Source: Thermoleophilia bacterium
Lineage (GTDB): Bacteria; Actinomycetota; Thermoleophilia; UBA2241
DNA length: 64,000 nucleotides
Reading direction: 5' to 3'
Assembly: GCA_040772045.1 (NCBI GenBank)
Contig: JAXGYV010000002.1
Location: 73,988 to 137,987 of the forward strand
Under the pieces are notes generated by a model. That model worked only from the letters and a program-made list of their open reading frames with translations. It searched no databases and was not told where the DNA came from. Positions 33,709-43,046 of the stretch are shown here, piece after piece; the first letter of the stretch is position 1; the number at the start of each line of letters is the position of its first letter. Both the position numbers and the translations under genes were made by a program.

Positions 33709-34695
33709 TCAGAAGCTCCAGTAGTACAGCGCGAATCCAGCTCCCGCAAACAGCGCGGCGACGATCCAGAACCGCACGATGACCTTGGTCTCCGACCAGG
33801 CTTTGAGCTCGAAGTGATGGTGCAGCGGGGCCATCAGCAGCACACGCCGGTGGAACAGCTTGAAGGAGATCACCTGCGCCATGACCGACAGGGTCTCCAG
33901 GACGAACAGGCCGGCGATGAGGAGTAGAAAGACCTCCGTTCGCGTCAGGATAGCCATGCCGGCAATGGCGCCCCCAAGCCCTAACGCTCCCGTGTCGCCC
34001 ATGAAGACCTCGGCCGGAAAAGCATTGAACCAGAGAAAGCCCAGCGACGCCCCGCCGACACAGCCGGAGAGGATCACCAGATCGGTCATGCCGGGATCGT
34101 TTTCGGCGCGGCCGAGGATGAACGCGATCCCGGCGAAGGCCACCAGAACGATCGCCGCCGAGCCCGCCGCCAGGCCGTCCAGGCCGTCGGTCAGGTTGAC
34201 CGCGTTCGACAGGCCGGAGATGGCGAGGAACACCACCACGTAGTAGAGGACGGGTCCGATCTCCAGCTCAGCGTGAGGCCACGGCAGATCGAGGCTCGTA
34301 TCCACGCCGCCGTAGCGCAACGCCAGAAACCCGATGAAGAGGGCCAGCACGAGCTGCAGCAGCACCTTGTAGCGGGCATGGAGGCCGAGGGAACGCCGGC
34401 GCACGATGCTCAGCCAATCGTCCACGAAACCGATGAACGCGCAGCCAAGTGCGCAGATGAGGACGGTGAAGGAGGCCACCGAGAGACGGCTGAAGATGAT
34501 GTAGGGGATGACGGCGGCGATCCAGAGCAGCAACCCACCCATGGTCGGCGTGCCGGCCTTGGTCTGATGCCCTTCGGGGCCTTCTTCGCGGATGTTCTGA
34601 CCGAACTCGTTGCGCCGCAGCCACTCGATGAACTTGGGAGCCACCAGGAGCATGAGCACCATAGCCGTAAAGCTCGCCGCGATGGCCCTAAACAT
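33709..34695 (-). CDS. mraY: Phospho-N-acetylmuramoyl-pentapeptide transferase
   Basis: Contains KAGTPTMGG, NLTDGLDGLA and PLHHHFEL. I set the start at ATG 34695 (MFRAIAAS), 4 nt after the murF stop. Confidence 0.95.
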   Translation of the reverse strand: MFRAIAASFTAMVLMLLVAPKFIEWLRRNEFGQNIREEGPEGHQTKAGTPTMGGLLLWIAAVIPYIIFSRLSVASFTVLICALGCAFIGFVDDWLSIVRRRSLGLHARYKVLLQLVLALFIGFLALRYGGVDTSLDLPWPHAELEIGPVLYYVVVFLAISGLSNAVNLTDGLDGLAAGSAAIVLVAFAGIAFILGRAENDPGMTDLVILSGCVGGASLGFLWFNAFPAEVFMGDTGALGLGGAIAGMAILTRTEVFLLLIAGLFVLETLSVMAQVISFKLFHRRVLLMAPLHHHFELKAWSETKVIVRFWIVAALFAGAGFALYYWSF

Positions 34696-36073
34696 GCCGC
34701 ACCGCCTGGCTACGGTACGCCTCGCCGAGCTCCACGAGCGCCCGTGCCACCCGCTCCAGCCGAAGTGCCCGCGACGCCTTGACGAGAACCGCGCTTCCGG
34801 CGGGGATGACCGCCGGCAAAGCTTTGACGCAGTCGTCAACGGTGGCCTGCCACGTCTCGTCCGGAGCCCCTGTCAAATAGTCACGGCCGAGCTCCCCCAC
34901 CGCCACCAGGCGCACGCCGCGCTCGGCCGCGTACCGCCCCACCGCGGCGTGGAATCGCGCGGAGTCTGGGCCGAGTTCGTACATGTCGCCGAGCACGGCG
35001 ACCACGGGCCGTTCGCCGGCCAGCTGCAGGAGATGGTCTATGGCGGCGCGCATGGCGACGGGATTGGCGTTATACGCATCGTTGAGCAACAGTCCTCCGT
35101 CGCCGAGGGCTACCACCTGCCCGCGGTTCTCGCTGAAAACGACGCGACCAGCGCCCTGGCGCGCCGCGGCCAGCGGGAACCCCAGCTCGACGAACGCTCC
35201 CACGGCGGCCAGCGCGTCGGTCAGGTAGTGGTCACCGCTGAAGTTGAAATCGAGGTCCACGCGCTGGCCGCCCGCCGCCACCACCGCTCGGGTACCGTCG
35301 GCCCGCGGCACGGCGGAGACCAGGCGAACGTCGCTCGCCAGCCCTCCGAACGTGATCACGCGCCCGCGATAGCGCTCGAGGTACGGCCGCAGCAGCGCCT
35401 CGTCGCCGGGCACCACCACGGCGTGTTCTTCTAGTCCCTCGAGGAGCTCCGCCTTTGCCGCGGCCACGTCTTCGATGCCACCCACCAGTTCCAAGTGTAC
35501 CGGCGCGATGTTCGTGATGACGCCCACATCCGGAGCGACCATCTTCGCCAGCTCCCGGATCTGCCCCAGCCCTCGCATGGCGAGCTCCACCACCGCGACG
35601 TCCGTGGTCTCCTCGATCGACAGAAGCGTGAGCGGCACGCCCACCTCGTTGTTGAAGTTGCCCTGCGTGGCCACCGTGGCGGCCACCGGCCGCAGCAGCG
35701 CGGCGAGGATGTCTTTGGTGGAGGTCTTGCCCGCGCTCCCTGTGACGGCGACCACACGAGCACGTGCTCGCCGGCGTACCGCCGCCGCCAGCCGCTGGAG
35801 CGCCGTCAGGCCGTCGTCGACGATAATCCGCGGGACGGCCACCGGCAGATCGGCGCCCAGCCGGGCGCCCGCCACGGCCGCGGCCCCAGCCGCGGCGGCG
35901 GCGGCGGCGAACGCGCTACCGTCGTGCCGCTGGCCCGAGATCCCGACGAACAGATCGCCGGGCGCCAGCGAACGACTGTCCGTGCTGACACGGCGAATGA
36001 CCGTGCCGGGCTCTCCGCCCTCCAGGCGGCCGTCGCACGCCTCGGCGATCTGCCGCAGGGTGAGGGCGATCAC
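34688..36073 (-). CDS. murF: UDP-N-acetylmuramoyl-tripeptide--D-alanyl-D-alanine ligase
   Basis: Contains STDSR...GDLFV and VTGSAGKTSTK. The GTG start at 36073 overlaps the murE stop in a GTGA junction. Confidence 0.9.
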   Translation of the reverse strand: MIALTLRQIAEACDGRLEGGEPGTVIRRVSTDSRSLAPGDLFVGISGQRHDGSAFAAAAAAAGAAAVAGARLGADLPVAVPRIIVDDGLTALQRLAAAVRRRARARVVAVTGSAGKTSTKDILAALLRPVAATVATQGNFNNEVGVPLTLLSIEETTDVAVVELAMRGLGQIRELAKMVAPDVGVITNIAPVHLELVGGIEDVAAAKAELLEGLEEHAVVVPGDEALLRPYLERYRGRVITFGGLASDVRLVSAVPRADGTRAVVAAGGQRVDLDFNFSGDHYLTDALAAVGAFVELGFPLAAARQGAGRVVFSENRGQVVALGDGGLLLNDAYNANPVAMRAAIDHLLQLAGERPVVAVLGDMYELGPDSARFHAAVGRYAAERGVRLVAVGELGRDYLTGAPDETWQATVDDCVKALPAVIPAGSAVLVKASRALRLERVARALVELGEAYRSQAVRHV

Positions 36074-37650
36074 GCGCCAGCCCTCGGCGATCTGATCTCC
36101 TGGAGAACCTCGCGCGCCACATCGCGATCGTCGAACGGGACCCGGGTGTCGCCAACGATCTGCCCTTTCTCGTGACCCTTGCCAGCGATCACCACCACGT
36201 CGCCGGCGCGCGCGTCCCGCAAGGCGAGCGCGATGGCTCGCCGCCGGTCGGGCTCTACTTCGACCCGCGAACGCGCCTCCGCGCCGATGCCCTCGAGGAT
36301 CTCGGCGATGATGACCTGCGGATCTTCGCTGCGCGGGTTGTCCGACGTAACCACGACGCTCTCCGCGAGCGAGCTGGCGATGGCCCCCATCAGCGGGCGC
36401 TTGCCGCGGTCGCGGTCGCCACCGCAGCCGAAGACCACGTGGAGCCGGCCGCTGCAAATGCCCCGAGCGGCGCGGAGCACATTCTCGAGTGAATCGGGCG
36501 TGTGAGCGTAGTCGACGAGCACGGTGAACGGCTGCCCCGCGTCGACGGCCTCGAAGCGCCCGTCCACGCCACCCGTCTGCGCGATGCCTTCACTGGCCGC
36601 CGTCGCCGGCAACCCGAGGGCGACCAGCGTGGTGGCCGCGGCGAGCGCATTCTCGACGTTGAAGCGTCCGCCCAGTCGCGTTCGCAACCGTACCGTCTGC
36701 CCGGCGCGCGGTATTTCCACAGTGAACGAGGAGCCGTGCGGCTCCAGGCGCAGATCGCGCGCCCGCGCCGCGGCCTCCTGCTCGATCGCGTACGTCCACA
36801 GATCGTCGCCGTACGCCGACGCGCACGCCGCCGCCAGGCGCCGTCCCCACGGATCGTCCACATTGACCACGGCCACGGCGCCCGACTGCCGCTGGTCATC
36901 GGGCAGGAACAACCGCTGCTTCGTCAGATAGTACTCCTCCAGATCATGATGGTAGTCGAGATGGTCGCGCGTGAGATTGGTGAAGACCACGGCGGCGAAC
37001 TTCGTGCCGGCCGTGCGCTCCAAATCCAGGGCGTGCGAGGAGACCTCCATGGCGCATGCCCGATCGCCGGCCTCCACCATCTCGTCGAACATGCGCTGCA
37101 GATCCACCGATTCCGCCGTGGTGAGAGCGACGGGATACTCCACGCCGCCGATCTTGTTCCTGATGGTACCTAACAGCCCGCAGGGCAACCCGGCGGCGTC
37201 GAAGCAGCGCGCCAGGAGATGCGCGGTGGTAGTCTTACCGTTGGTCCCGGTAATGCCCGCCACGAGTAAACGTGTGGAGGGTTCGTGGAAGAACCGGGCC
37301 GCGACGAGGGCCATGGCCCGTCGCGCCGAGGATACGATCACCTGTGGCACAGCCACCGCGACCGGACGCTCGCAGACTACCGCGACCGCCCCCCGAGCGA
37401 CAGCCTGGGCGACGTAGTCGTGCCCATCCGACTTCACCCCGCGAAGACAGAAGAAGAGGCTCTCCGGAGTCGCGTCTTGTGCCCTGAAGGCGAGGGTGCG
37501 AATGATAGGCGACGCGTTGCCGACGATCTCGAGAACGCCACAATCGGCGACGAGGGATACCAAGTCCATGCGCATCGATTCTACCAGAAGACCTCCCTGC
37601 ATCCGGGGCGAGGAGCGAACGCTCGACCAAACCTCGGGTGCACTGCTCAC
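36070..37650 (-). CDS. murE: UDP-N-acetylmuramoyl-L-alanyl-D-glutamate--2,6-diaminopimelate (or L-Lys) ligase
   Basis: Contains GITGTNGKTTT and the DYAHTPD motif. GTG 37650 overlaps the ftsI stop in a GTGA junction. Internal ATGs (MQGG, MRMDL) are alternative starts. Confidence 0.9.
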   Translation of the reverse strand: MSSAPEVWSSVRSSPRMQGGLLVESMRMDLVSLVADCGVLEIVGNASPIIRTLAFRAQDATPESLFFCLRGVKSDGHDYVAQAVARGAVAVVCERPVAVAVPQVIVSSARRAMALVAARFFHEPSTRLLVAGITGTNGKTTTAHLLARCFDAAGLPCGLLGTIRNKIGGVEYPVALTTAESVDLQRMFDEMVEAGDRACAMEVSSHALDLERTAGTKFAAVVFTNLTRDHLDYHHDLEEYYLTKQRLFLPDDQRQSGAVAVVNVDDPWGRRLAAACASAYGDDLWTYAIEQEAAARARDLRLEPHGSSFTVEIPRAGQTVRLRTRLGGRFNVENALAAATTLVALGLPATAASEGIAQTGGVDGRFEAVDAGQPFTVLVDYAHTPDSLENVLRAARGICSGRLHVVFGCGGDRDRGKRPLMGAIASSLAESVVVTSDNPRSEDPQVIIAEILEGIGAEARSRVEVEPDRRRAIALALRDARAGDVVVIAGKGHEKGQIVGDTRVPFDDRDVAREVLQEIRSPRAGA

Positions 37651-39314
37651 GGCGGTGCGATCTTCAGATGCTGGAGCGCGAACTCGGCGATCCGCTTAGC
37701 GGTCGGCGCCGCCACAGCCCCGCCGTAGATGGCGCCGCTCGGCTCGTCCACGGCCACCAGCACCACCAGCCGGGGATCGTCGGAGGGCACGACGCCGACG
37801 AACGAGGCGACATACCGGCCCGCGGCATAGCCGCCGCGCTGCAGGTCGGCCTTCTGCGCCGTGCCCGTCTTGCCCGCCGCCTTGTATCCGGAGATCTGGA
37901 ACGCGGTGCCCGTGCCCTCCATGACCGCGTCGTTCATCATGCCGAGGACCTGCCGAGAGACTTCTGAGCTCAGTACCCGGCGCGCGCCGCTCGGGTTAAC
38001 GGCCGTCTCGCCGATTTGCGCGACCAGGTGCGGCTTCAACCAGACACCGTCGTTGGCCACGGCCGCGTACGCGGCCGCGATCTGGATGGGCGTTACCGAG
38101 ATACCCTGCCCCATCGGCACGTTGCCAGTCGTGGCCATCGACCAGAAACCAGGCATAAGGCCAGCGACCTCACCCGGAAAGTCGAGGCCGGTCCGCGCCA
38201 CGAATCCGAAGCGCTGGATCCACGTCTTGAGCTTCTCTTCGCCGAGCATCTTCCCCAACACCGCGGCGCCTACGTTGCTGGACTGCGCCAGGATCTGGCG
38301 CACGGTAAAGCGTTGCGTACCGCGGGGATGCGACTCGCGAATCCACTTGTCGCCGACTTTGAGGCGATACGGCAGGACGAAGGACTTGGAGGGCGTGACC
38401 AGACCCTCTTCGAGCGCCGCGCTCACCGTAAGCACTTTGAAGATAGAGCCTGGCTCAAAGCTGTCCGTGACAGCCCGGTTCCGCTGGTATTCGGGGCGTT
38501 TGCCGAACGCGTTCGCGTTGATCAGCGGAGCATTGGCCATGGCCAAGATCTCCCCCGTCTTCGGGTCGAGAACGATGGCGACCGCCGCCTTGGCCTTGTA
38601 GTGGCGCACCGCGTCCACGAGCGCGCGCTCCGCCTCTGCCTGAATGTACTGGTCGAGTGTCAGGCGGATCGTCTTGCCCGCCTGCGGCGCTACCAGGCGC
38701 TCCGTCTTGAGCGCGCGCCCCGCGGGGTCCTTGACCACCAGTTCTTTGCCCGGCGTGCCAGCCAGTACTTCGTCGTACTGGTACTCGAGACCGGCGAGCC
38801 CCTTTCCCTCCGTACCCACGAAGCCGACGACCTGAGCGGCCACGCTGCGCTTCGGGTAATCCCGTCCCTCTTCCGCTGAGGCGCCCACGCCGACGATGCC
38901 CAGATCTAGTGCTCGCTGCGCGAGAGCTGGCTCGACACCGCGAGCCACCACCGCATACCAGCTTCCACGATCCGAGAGGGCGCGCAGCAGCGGCTTGCGC
39001 GGAACCTTGAGCAACTTCGCCAGACGTGTGGCGGCGTCTACCGGATCCTTGATCTCACGCGGCGTAGCCCAGACGGTCCTCATCTCCTTCGCCGCCGCGA
39101 GCACCTCTCCCGTGCGGTCTACGATCTGGCCACGGTGCGCGCGCACCTCGATAGTACGCTGCTGCTGACTATCGGCGGCGGCGGCCAGCCCCGACGAGGT
39201 CGCCGTGAGCGCCATCGCCCTACCGGCGATGGCCACAAAGGCGACCACGATCAGCAGGCGTACCAAACGGATGCGACCGTCGGGAGCGCCCCCCGTACTT
39301 CGAGGATGGGCCAT
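37647..39314 (-). CDS. ftsI: Class B penicillin-binding protein (division transpeptidase FtsI/PBP3-like)
   Basis: Has an N-terminal TM helix and a PBP dimerisation domain. The transpeptidase motifs are SIFK (SxxK), SSN and KTGT. Confidence 0.9.
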   Translation of the reverse strand: MAHPRSTGGAPDGRIRLVRLLIVVAFVAIAGRAMALTATSSGLAAAADSQQQRTIEVRAHRGQIVDRTGEVLAAAKEMRTVWATPREIKDPVDAATRLAKLLKVPRKPLLRALSDRGSWYAVVARGVEPALAQRALDLGIVGVGASAEEGRDYPKRSVAAQVVGFVGTEGKGLAGLEYQYDEVLAGTPGKELVVKDPAGRALKTERLVAPQAGKTIRLTLDQYIQAEAERALVDAVRHYKAKAAVAIVLDPKTGEILAMANAPLINANAFGKRPEYQRNRAVTDSFEPGSIFKVLTVSAALEEGLVTPSKSFVLPYRLKVGDKWIRESHPRGTQRFTVRQILAQSSNVGAAVLGKMLGEEKLKTWIQRFGFVARTGLDFPGEVAGLMPGFWSMATTGNVPMGQGISVTPIQIAAAYAAVANDGVWLKPHLVAQIGETAVNPSGARRVLSSEVSRQVLGMMNDAVMEGTGTAFQISGYKAAGKTGTAQKADLQRGGYAAGRYVASFVGVVPSDDPRLVVLVAVDEPSGAIYGGAVAAPTAKRIAEFALQHLKIAPP

Positions 39315-39718
39315 CAGGGGTCTCTGGACCCCAACGTTTGAGGAGCGCGCAGGTACCGCACGTCACCAGGTCGCTGGAGTCCCAGCTCGGCCGCCGCGCG
39401 CTCGAGGCGTTCCGTGGAGGTCAGCCTGGCGAGTTCCGCGGCCAGCCCGGTGTTCTGCGTGCGGAGGGCGCTCTGCTGCTGCACAACCGCCGCGGTCTCC
39501 ATGTTCTTCTGTACCACGGCGAAGCTCAACGCCACTCTGCCCACGGCGAGCAGCGCCACACACACAGCGATGATGAGGAGGCCACGACCGACGCCAGGCC
39601 GAGCGAGCGCCAGGGGACGACGGACCGGCTGTGCCGGACGTATCTCGCGCAGCGGTGCCCGCTCGTCGCTGCGTGGCGGGCGGGCCGTCCGGCGACGTTC
39701 TGCGACGGCGCCGGCCAC
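39314..39718 (-). CDS. ftsL: FtsL-like small bitopic division protein
   Basis: 134 aa with a basic N-terminus, one TM helix and a coiled-coil-like segment. It lies between rsmH and ftsI. Its stop overlaps the ftsI start as TGATG. Confidence 0.6.
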   Translation of the reverse strand: MAGAVAERRRTARPPRSDERAPLREIRPAQPVRRPLALARPGVGRGLLIIAVCVALLAVGRVALSFAVVQKNMETAAVVQQQSALRTQNTGLAAELARLTSTERLERAAAELGLQRPGDVRYLRAPQTLGSRDP

Positions 39719-39720
39719 GG

Positions 39721-40647
39721 CTACAGCCTAACGGCGACGCGCAGCTTGGCCGCCTTGCTGCGCGGATTGAGCTCGACTTCCCGTACTCGCGGCATTACCG
39801 GCCGCCGAGTGAGCACCCGCAGCGTCGGCTGATGGCCGCAGACGCACTGCGGAAGGCCGGGCGGGCAGATGCAGCCGGCGGCATGGCCGCGGAAGAACTC
39901 CTTGACCATGCGATCTTCGAGCGAATGGAAGGATATGACCGCGATGCGTCCGCCGCGGCGCAGCGTCCGATACGCGTGCTCCAGGCCTCGCGCGAGCGAC
40001 TCCAGCTCATCGTTGACGACGATGCGCAATGCCTGAAAGACACGTCGCGCCGGATTGCCCGCACCGAAACGCGCGGGGGTCGGGATGGCTCGCTTGATCA
40101 CCTCGACGAGCGCGCCGGTCGTGCAGATCGGCTCTCGCTCGCGCTGGCGGACGATAGCCCGCGCGATCTCCCGCGCGTAGCGCTCTTCGCCATACCGGCG
40201 GAAGATCGCCGTCAGCTCGTCCGCCGACAGGAGATTAACCAAATCGGCGGCGCTGCGCCCCGTCGACGGATCCATCCGCATGTCGAGCGGCGCCTCGTGC
40301 GCATACGAGAATCCGCGCTCGCGACGATCGAGCTGCATGGACGAGACGCCCAGGTCCATGTACACCATGTCGAGCGACCCGTCGGGCATGTCGGCGAGCA
40401 CGTCCGCGAAGTTACCCTGAATTAACTCCGTGCGACACGACGCGGTGCGCGCGAGGTCGTGGAAGAACTCGGCCACGCTAGGATCGCGGTCGCAGCAGAT
40501 CAGCCGTCCTTTGGCGCCGAGCCGTTTGGCCACGCTCTCCGCATGGCCGCCGGCACCGAACGTGGCGTCGAACGCCACCTCGCCTGGCGCGGGAGCGAGC
40601 AAGTCGAGCAGCTCGTCGAGCAGGACGGGGGTGTGCGCGAGCGCCAT
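39721..40647 (-). CDS. rsmH: 16S rRNA (cytosine1402-N4)-methyltransferase
   Basis: Contains HTPVLLDE, DATFGAGGH, DLGVSS.Q.D and ISFHSLEDR. I set the start at ATG 40647. Confidence 0.93.
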   Translation of the reverse strand: MALAHTPVLLDELLDLLAPAPGEVAFDATFGAGGHAESVAKRLGAKGRLICCDRDPSVAEFFHDLARTASCRTELIQGNFADVLADMPDGSLDMVYMDLGVSSMQLDRRERGFSYAHEAPLDMRMDPSTGRSAADLVNLLSADELTAIFRRYGEERYAREIARAIVRQREREPICTTGALVEVIKRAIPTPARFGAGNPARRVFQALRIVVNDELESLARGLEHAYRTLRRGGRIAVISFHSLEDRMVKEFFRGHAAGCICPPGLPQCVCGHQPTLRVLTRRPVMPRVREVELNPRSKAAKLRVAVRL

Positions 40648-40663
40648 CTCGTACTCACACAGG

Positions 40664-41104
40664 TCAAGAAGCAGCGAGCTCGTCAGCGATGGCATCTGCC
40701 CCCTCCTCCAAGGACTTTAGGTACCTGGCCCACGCGGACCGCTCCCAGATCTCGATGTGATCTCGCACGCCAACGATGGTGACCTCCCGCGTGATCGCGG
40801 CGTAGTCGAGCAAGCGAGCGGGAATGGTTACCCGGCCCTGCCGGTCGAGCTGGTCGGCCACCGCTCCGGCGGCGAGAAACCGCAGTTGCGAACGGCCCTT
40901 GCTGGACATGGGCGGCGTAGCCCCCGCCTGCTCTTCCAGATACCGCTCGAACTCCGCGGGCGAGAATCCGGCGAGGCTGTCCTCGTACCAGCGCGTGATG
41001 TAGATGCCATCCACGAAAGCTGAACGCAGACGAGCGGGGACGGCGATGCGGTTCTTCGCATCGAGCGTGAACTCGTACTCCCCCACCAAGAGCGGCCGTT
41101 GCAT
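40664..41104 (-). CDS. mraZ: Transcriptional regulator MraZ
   Basis: Two SpoVT-AbrB halves carry the DxxxR motifs (LDAKNRIAVPARLR and LDRQGRVTIPARLL). I prefer ATG 41104. The in-frame GTG at 41113 is an alternative. Confidence 0.93.
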   Translation of the reverse strand: MQRPLLVGEYEFTLDAKNRIAVPARLRSAFVDGIYITRWYEDSLAGFSPAEFERYLEEQAGATPPMSSKGRSQLRFLAAGAVADQLDRQGRVTIPARLLDYAAITREVTIVGVRDHIEIWERSAWARYLKSLEEGADAIADELAAS

Positions 41105-41110
41105 GGGCGC

Positions 41111-41146
41111 CACCCTACCCCACTATTCACCACTTTGCAACACTTT
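41111..41146 (-). promoter_or_regulatory. Array of four 10-nt-phased direct repeats matching the MraZ-box class
   Basis: The minus strand reads cagAAAGTGttgcAAAGTGgtgaATAGTGgggtAGGGTGgcgccc-ATG. The core is (A/G)(A/G)GTG(T/G), with CAC on the plus strand at 41111, 41121, 41131 and 41141. Confidence 0.6.
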
Positions 41147-41377
41147 TCTGGGTTTTTCCCCCACCATCGCGGAGTGACAACCCATTCGGACCCACCGAAC
41201 ATGGGCGGAGGAGAGACACCGGTATCAGTCCTTGCGGGAGCCACCCACCGAGCACGAGATGGGCAGGACGGGCGGGAGGACGCGAGTGGAATGGCGCGGG
41301 CAGGTGCACGGCAGGACGCCGTGGCGAAGGCCACGGGTTTCCCACCGGCTGCCCGTATGCGGCCCCGGGATGACGCG

Positions 41378-41416
41378 GGAGGGCGGGCGTCGCGGGGCTC
41401 CGGACGCCCGCCCTCC
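41378..41416 (-). terminator. Perfect 14-bp GC hairpin immediately after the LysM gene stop, with no U tract
   Basis: GGAGGGCGGGCGTC - 11-nt loop - GACGCCCGCCCTCC, abutting the stop codon at 41417-41419. Confidence 0.45.
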
Positions 41417-41944
41417 TCACTCGATGACGACGGGGATCTTGATGCGCTGGCCGACCGTCAGGTTGTTGGCGGTCAGGCCGGGATTGAGCCCCACGATGGC
41501 ATCGACCGTCGTGTGATGAGCGGCCGCGATGTGCGAGAGCGTATCGCCCTTCTTAACCTTATACATAGTTGGACTCGCCGACGGGCTCGCCGACACAGAG
41601 CTCGTGGGCACGGGCGCGACACTTGCGCTCTCCCCCAGAATGCCGGACTGGATGATGACGGCCACCAGCCCTACCACGAGGGCCAGAAAGGCCACTGGCG
41701 CGGCGTAGCGAGCAACATGGTACCGACGCGCGGACGACCGTCCTGTCATCGTGGCTTCCGCGCGCAGACGGGCCTCGGCCATGCTCAGCGCCGAACGTGA
41801 ACCTTGCCCGTGATTCGCGGACTCACCCAGCCGCTGCAGGCGTGCCTCGAGGTCCTGCAGCGTCAAATCGTCGCCCGCGGATCCGCCTGGATGATCGGGA
41901 TACGGTGCCTCCCAATCCGGCGGTCTGCCCCCTCCCTCATTCAT
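41417..41944 (-). CDS. Bitopic membrane protein with a C-terminal LysM peptidoglycan-binding domain
   Basis: A TM helix (PVAFLALVVGLVAVIIQ) is followed by LysM (YKVKKGDTLSHIAAAHHTTVDAIVGLNP......L.VGQRIKIP). ATGA overlap with the pyrF stop. Confidence 0.75.
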   Translation of the reverse strand: MNEGGGRPPDWEAPYPDHPGGSAGDDLTLQDLEARLQRLGESANHGQGSRSALSMAEARLRAEATMTGRSSARRYHVARYAAPVAFLALVVGLVAVIIQSGILGESASVAPVPTSSVSASPSASPTMYKVKKGDTLSHIAAAHHTTVDAIVGLNPGLTANNLTVGQRIKIPVVIE

Positions 41945-42849
41945 CTGCCTAGTACCCCCACGAGATCGTCCCTCATCGCCCTAGCGGCCTCGGCGGCGGC
42001 CACCTGGTAGTCGCCGCCAGCCACCCGCCACGCATACATGATAGACCGCGAAGCATTCACCACGAGTCCCGCGGCCGGCCCGACGGCCAAGCCAGCGATA
42101 TCCGCCGCCGACCCACCTTGCGCGCCGTAGCCGGGCACCAAGAGGAATGCCCGCGGCACGACTCGGCGCACCCGCTGCACCGCCTCGGGGGCGGTGGCGC
42201 CAGCGACAGCTCCTACGTCGCTATACCCGTGTCTCCCCATGGAGCGCGCTCCAAGCTCGGCGACGAGTTCCGCGACAGCCACGTATAGCGGCCGGCCTTC
42301 GAGATCGCGCTCTTGCAGAGAGGCCGCCCCCGGGTTACTGGTGCGCGTGAGGACGAACACACCTTTCCCGCGGTCGCAGTACTCCGTGAACGGCGTCACC
42401 GAATCCTCGCCGAGGTAAGGACTGACCGTCACCGCGTCGGCTTCCAACCCCGGCGCCGACACCTCGGACCCCGGAACGGTCGCGCCGCCGAAGAGGGCGC
42501 GTGCGTAGGCCTTCCCGGTCGAGGCGATGTCGCCGCGCTTCGCATCGAGGATCACGGGCAGCCCGTGCTCACGCGCGCAGCGCACCACATCGCGGAGGGC
42601 CGCCCACCCCGACGGTCCGAACTGCTCGAAGAACGCTGCCTGGGGCTTGGCCACGGCGACAAAGTCGGCTACGGCGTGCACGATGGCCCGGCAGTACGCG
42701 CCGGCGCAGGCGGCCATCTCCTCTTCTGTCGGACGCACGCCCTCCAGCAGCGCGGGGGGAAACTGAGACAGGTCTGGATCCAGACCGACGCAGACCACGC
42801 TGCGCCGGCGCATGATCGATTCCGCCAGCGCATCCGAGAAGTGCGTCAC
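41941..42849 (-). CDS. pyrF: Orotidine 5'-phosphate decarboxylase, type 2 (long form)
   Basis: Contains VCVGLDP, ILDAKRGDIASTG and VTVSPYLG. GTG start with a GGAGGA Shine-Dalgarno sequence. Confidence 0.9.
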   Translation of the reverse strand: MTHFSDALAESIMRRRSVVCVGLDPDLSQFPPALLEGVRPTEEEMAACAGAYCRAIVHAVADFVAVAKPQAAFFEQFGPSGWAALRDVVRCAREHGLPVILDAKRGDIASTGKAYARALFGGATVPGSEVSAPGLEADAVTVSPYLGEDSVTPFTEYCDRGKGVFVLTRTSNPGAASLQERDLEGRPLYVAVAELVAELGARSMGRHGYSDVGAVAGATAPEAVQRVRRVVPRAFLLVPGYGAQGGSAADIAGLAVGPAAGLVVNASRSIMYAWRVAGGDYQVAAAEAARAMRDDLVGVLGR

Positions 42850-43046
42850 TCTTGATCCTCCTGCTCTGTCCGGTGGGGTGTCTACCCCGCCGCCGCTTCC
42901 CCAATCACATCACCAATACCATACCGCCGACGCAGTTCCTTGGTACGAGCGAACAGGCAGCCACGAACTCGCAACCCTCGCGGGCCACGCCACGGCCTAC
43001 CCGCCCGCCGCCACAACAGCGAGCCGCACCTCGGCCACCACCGCCT

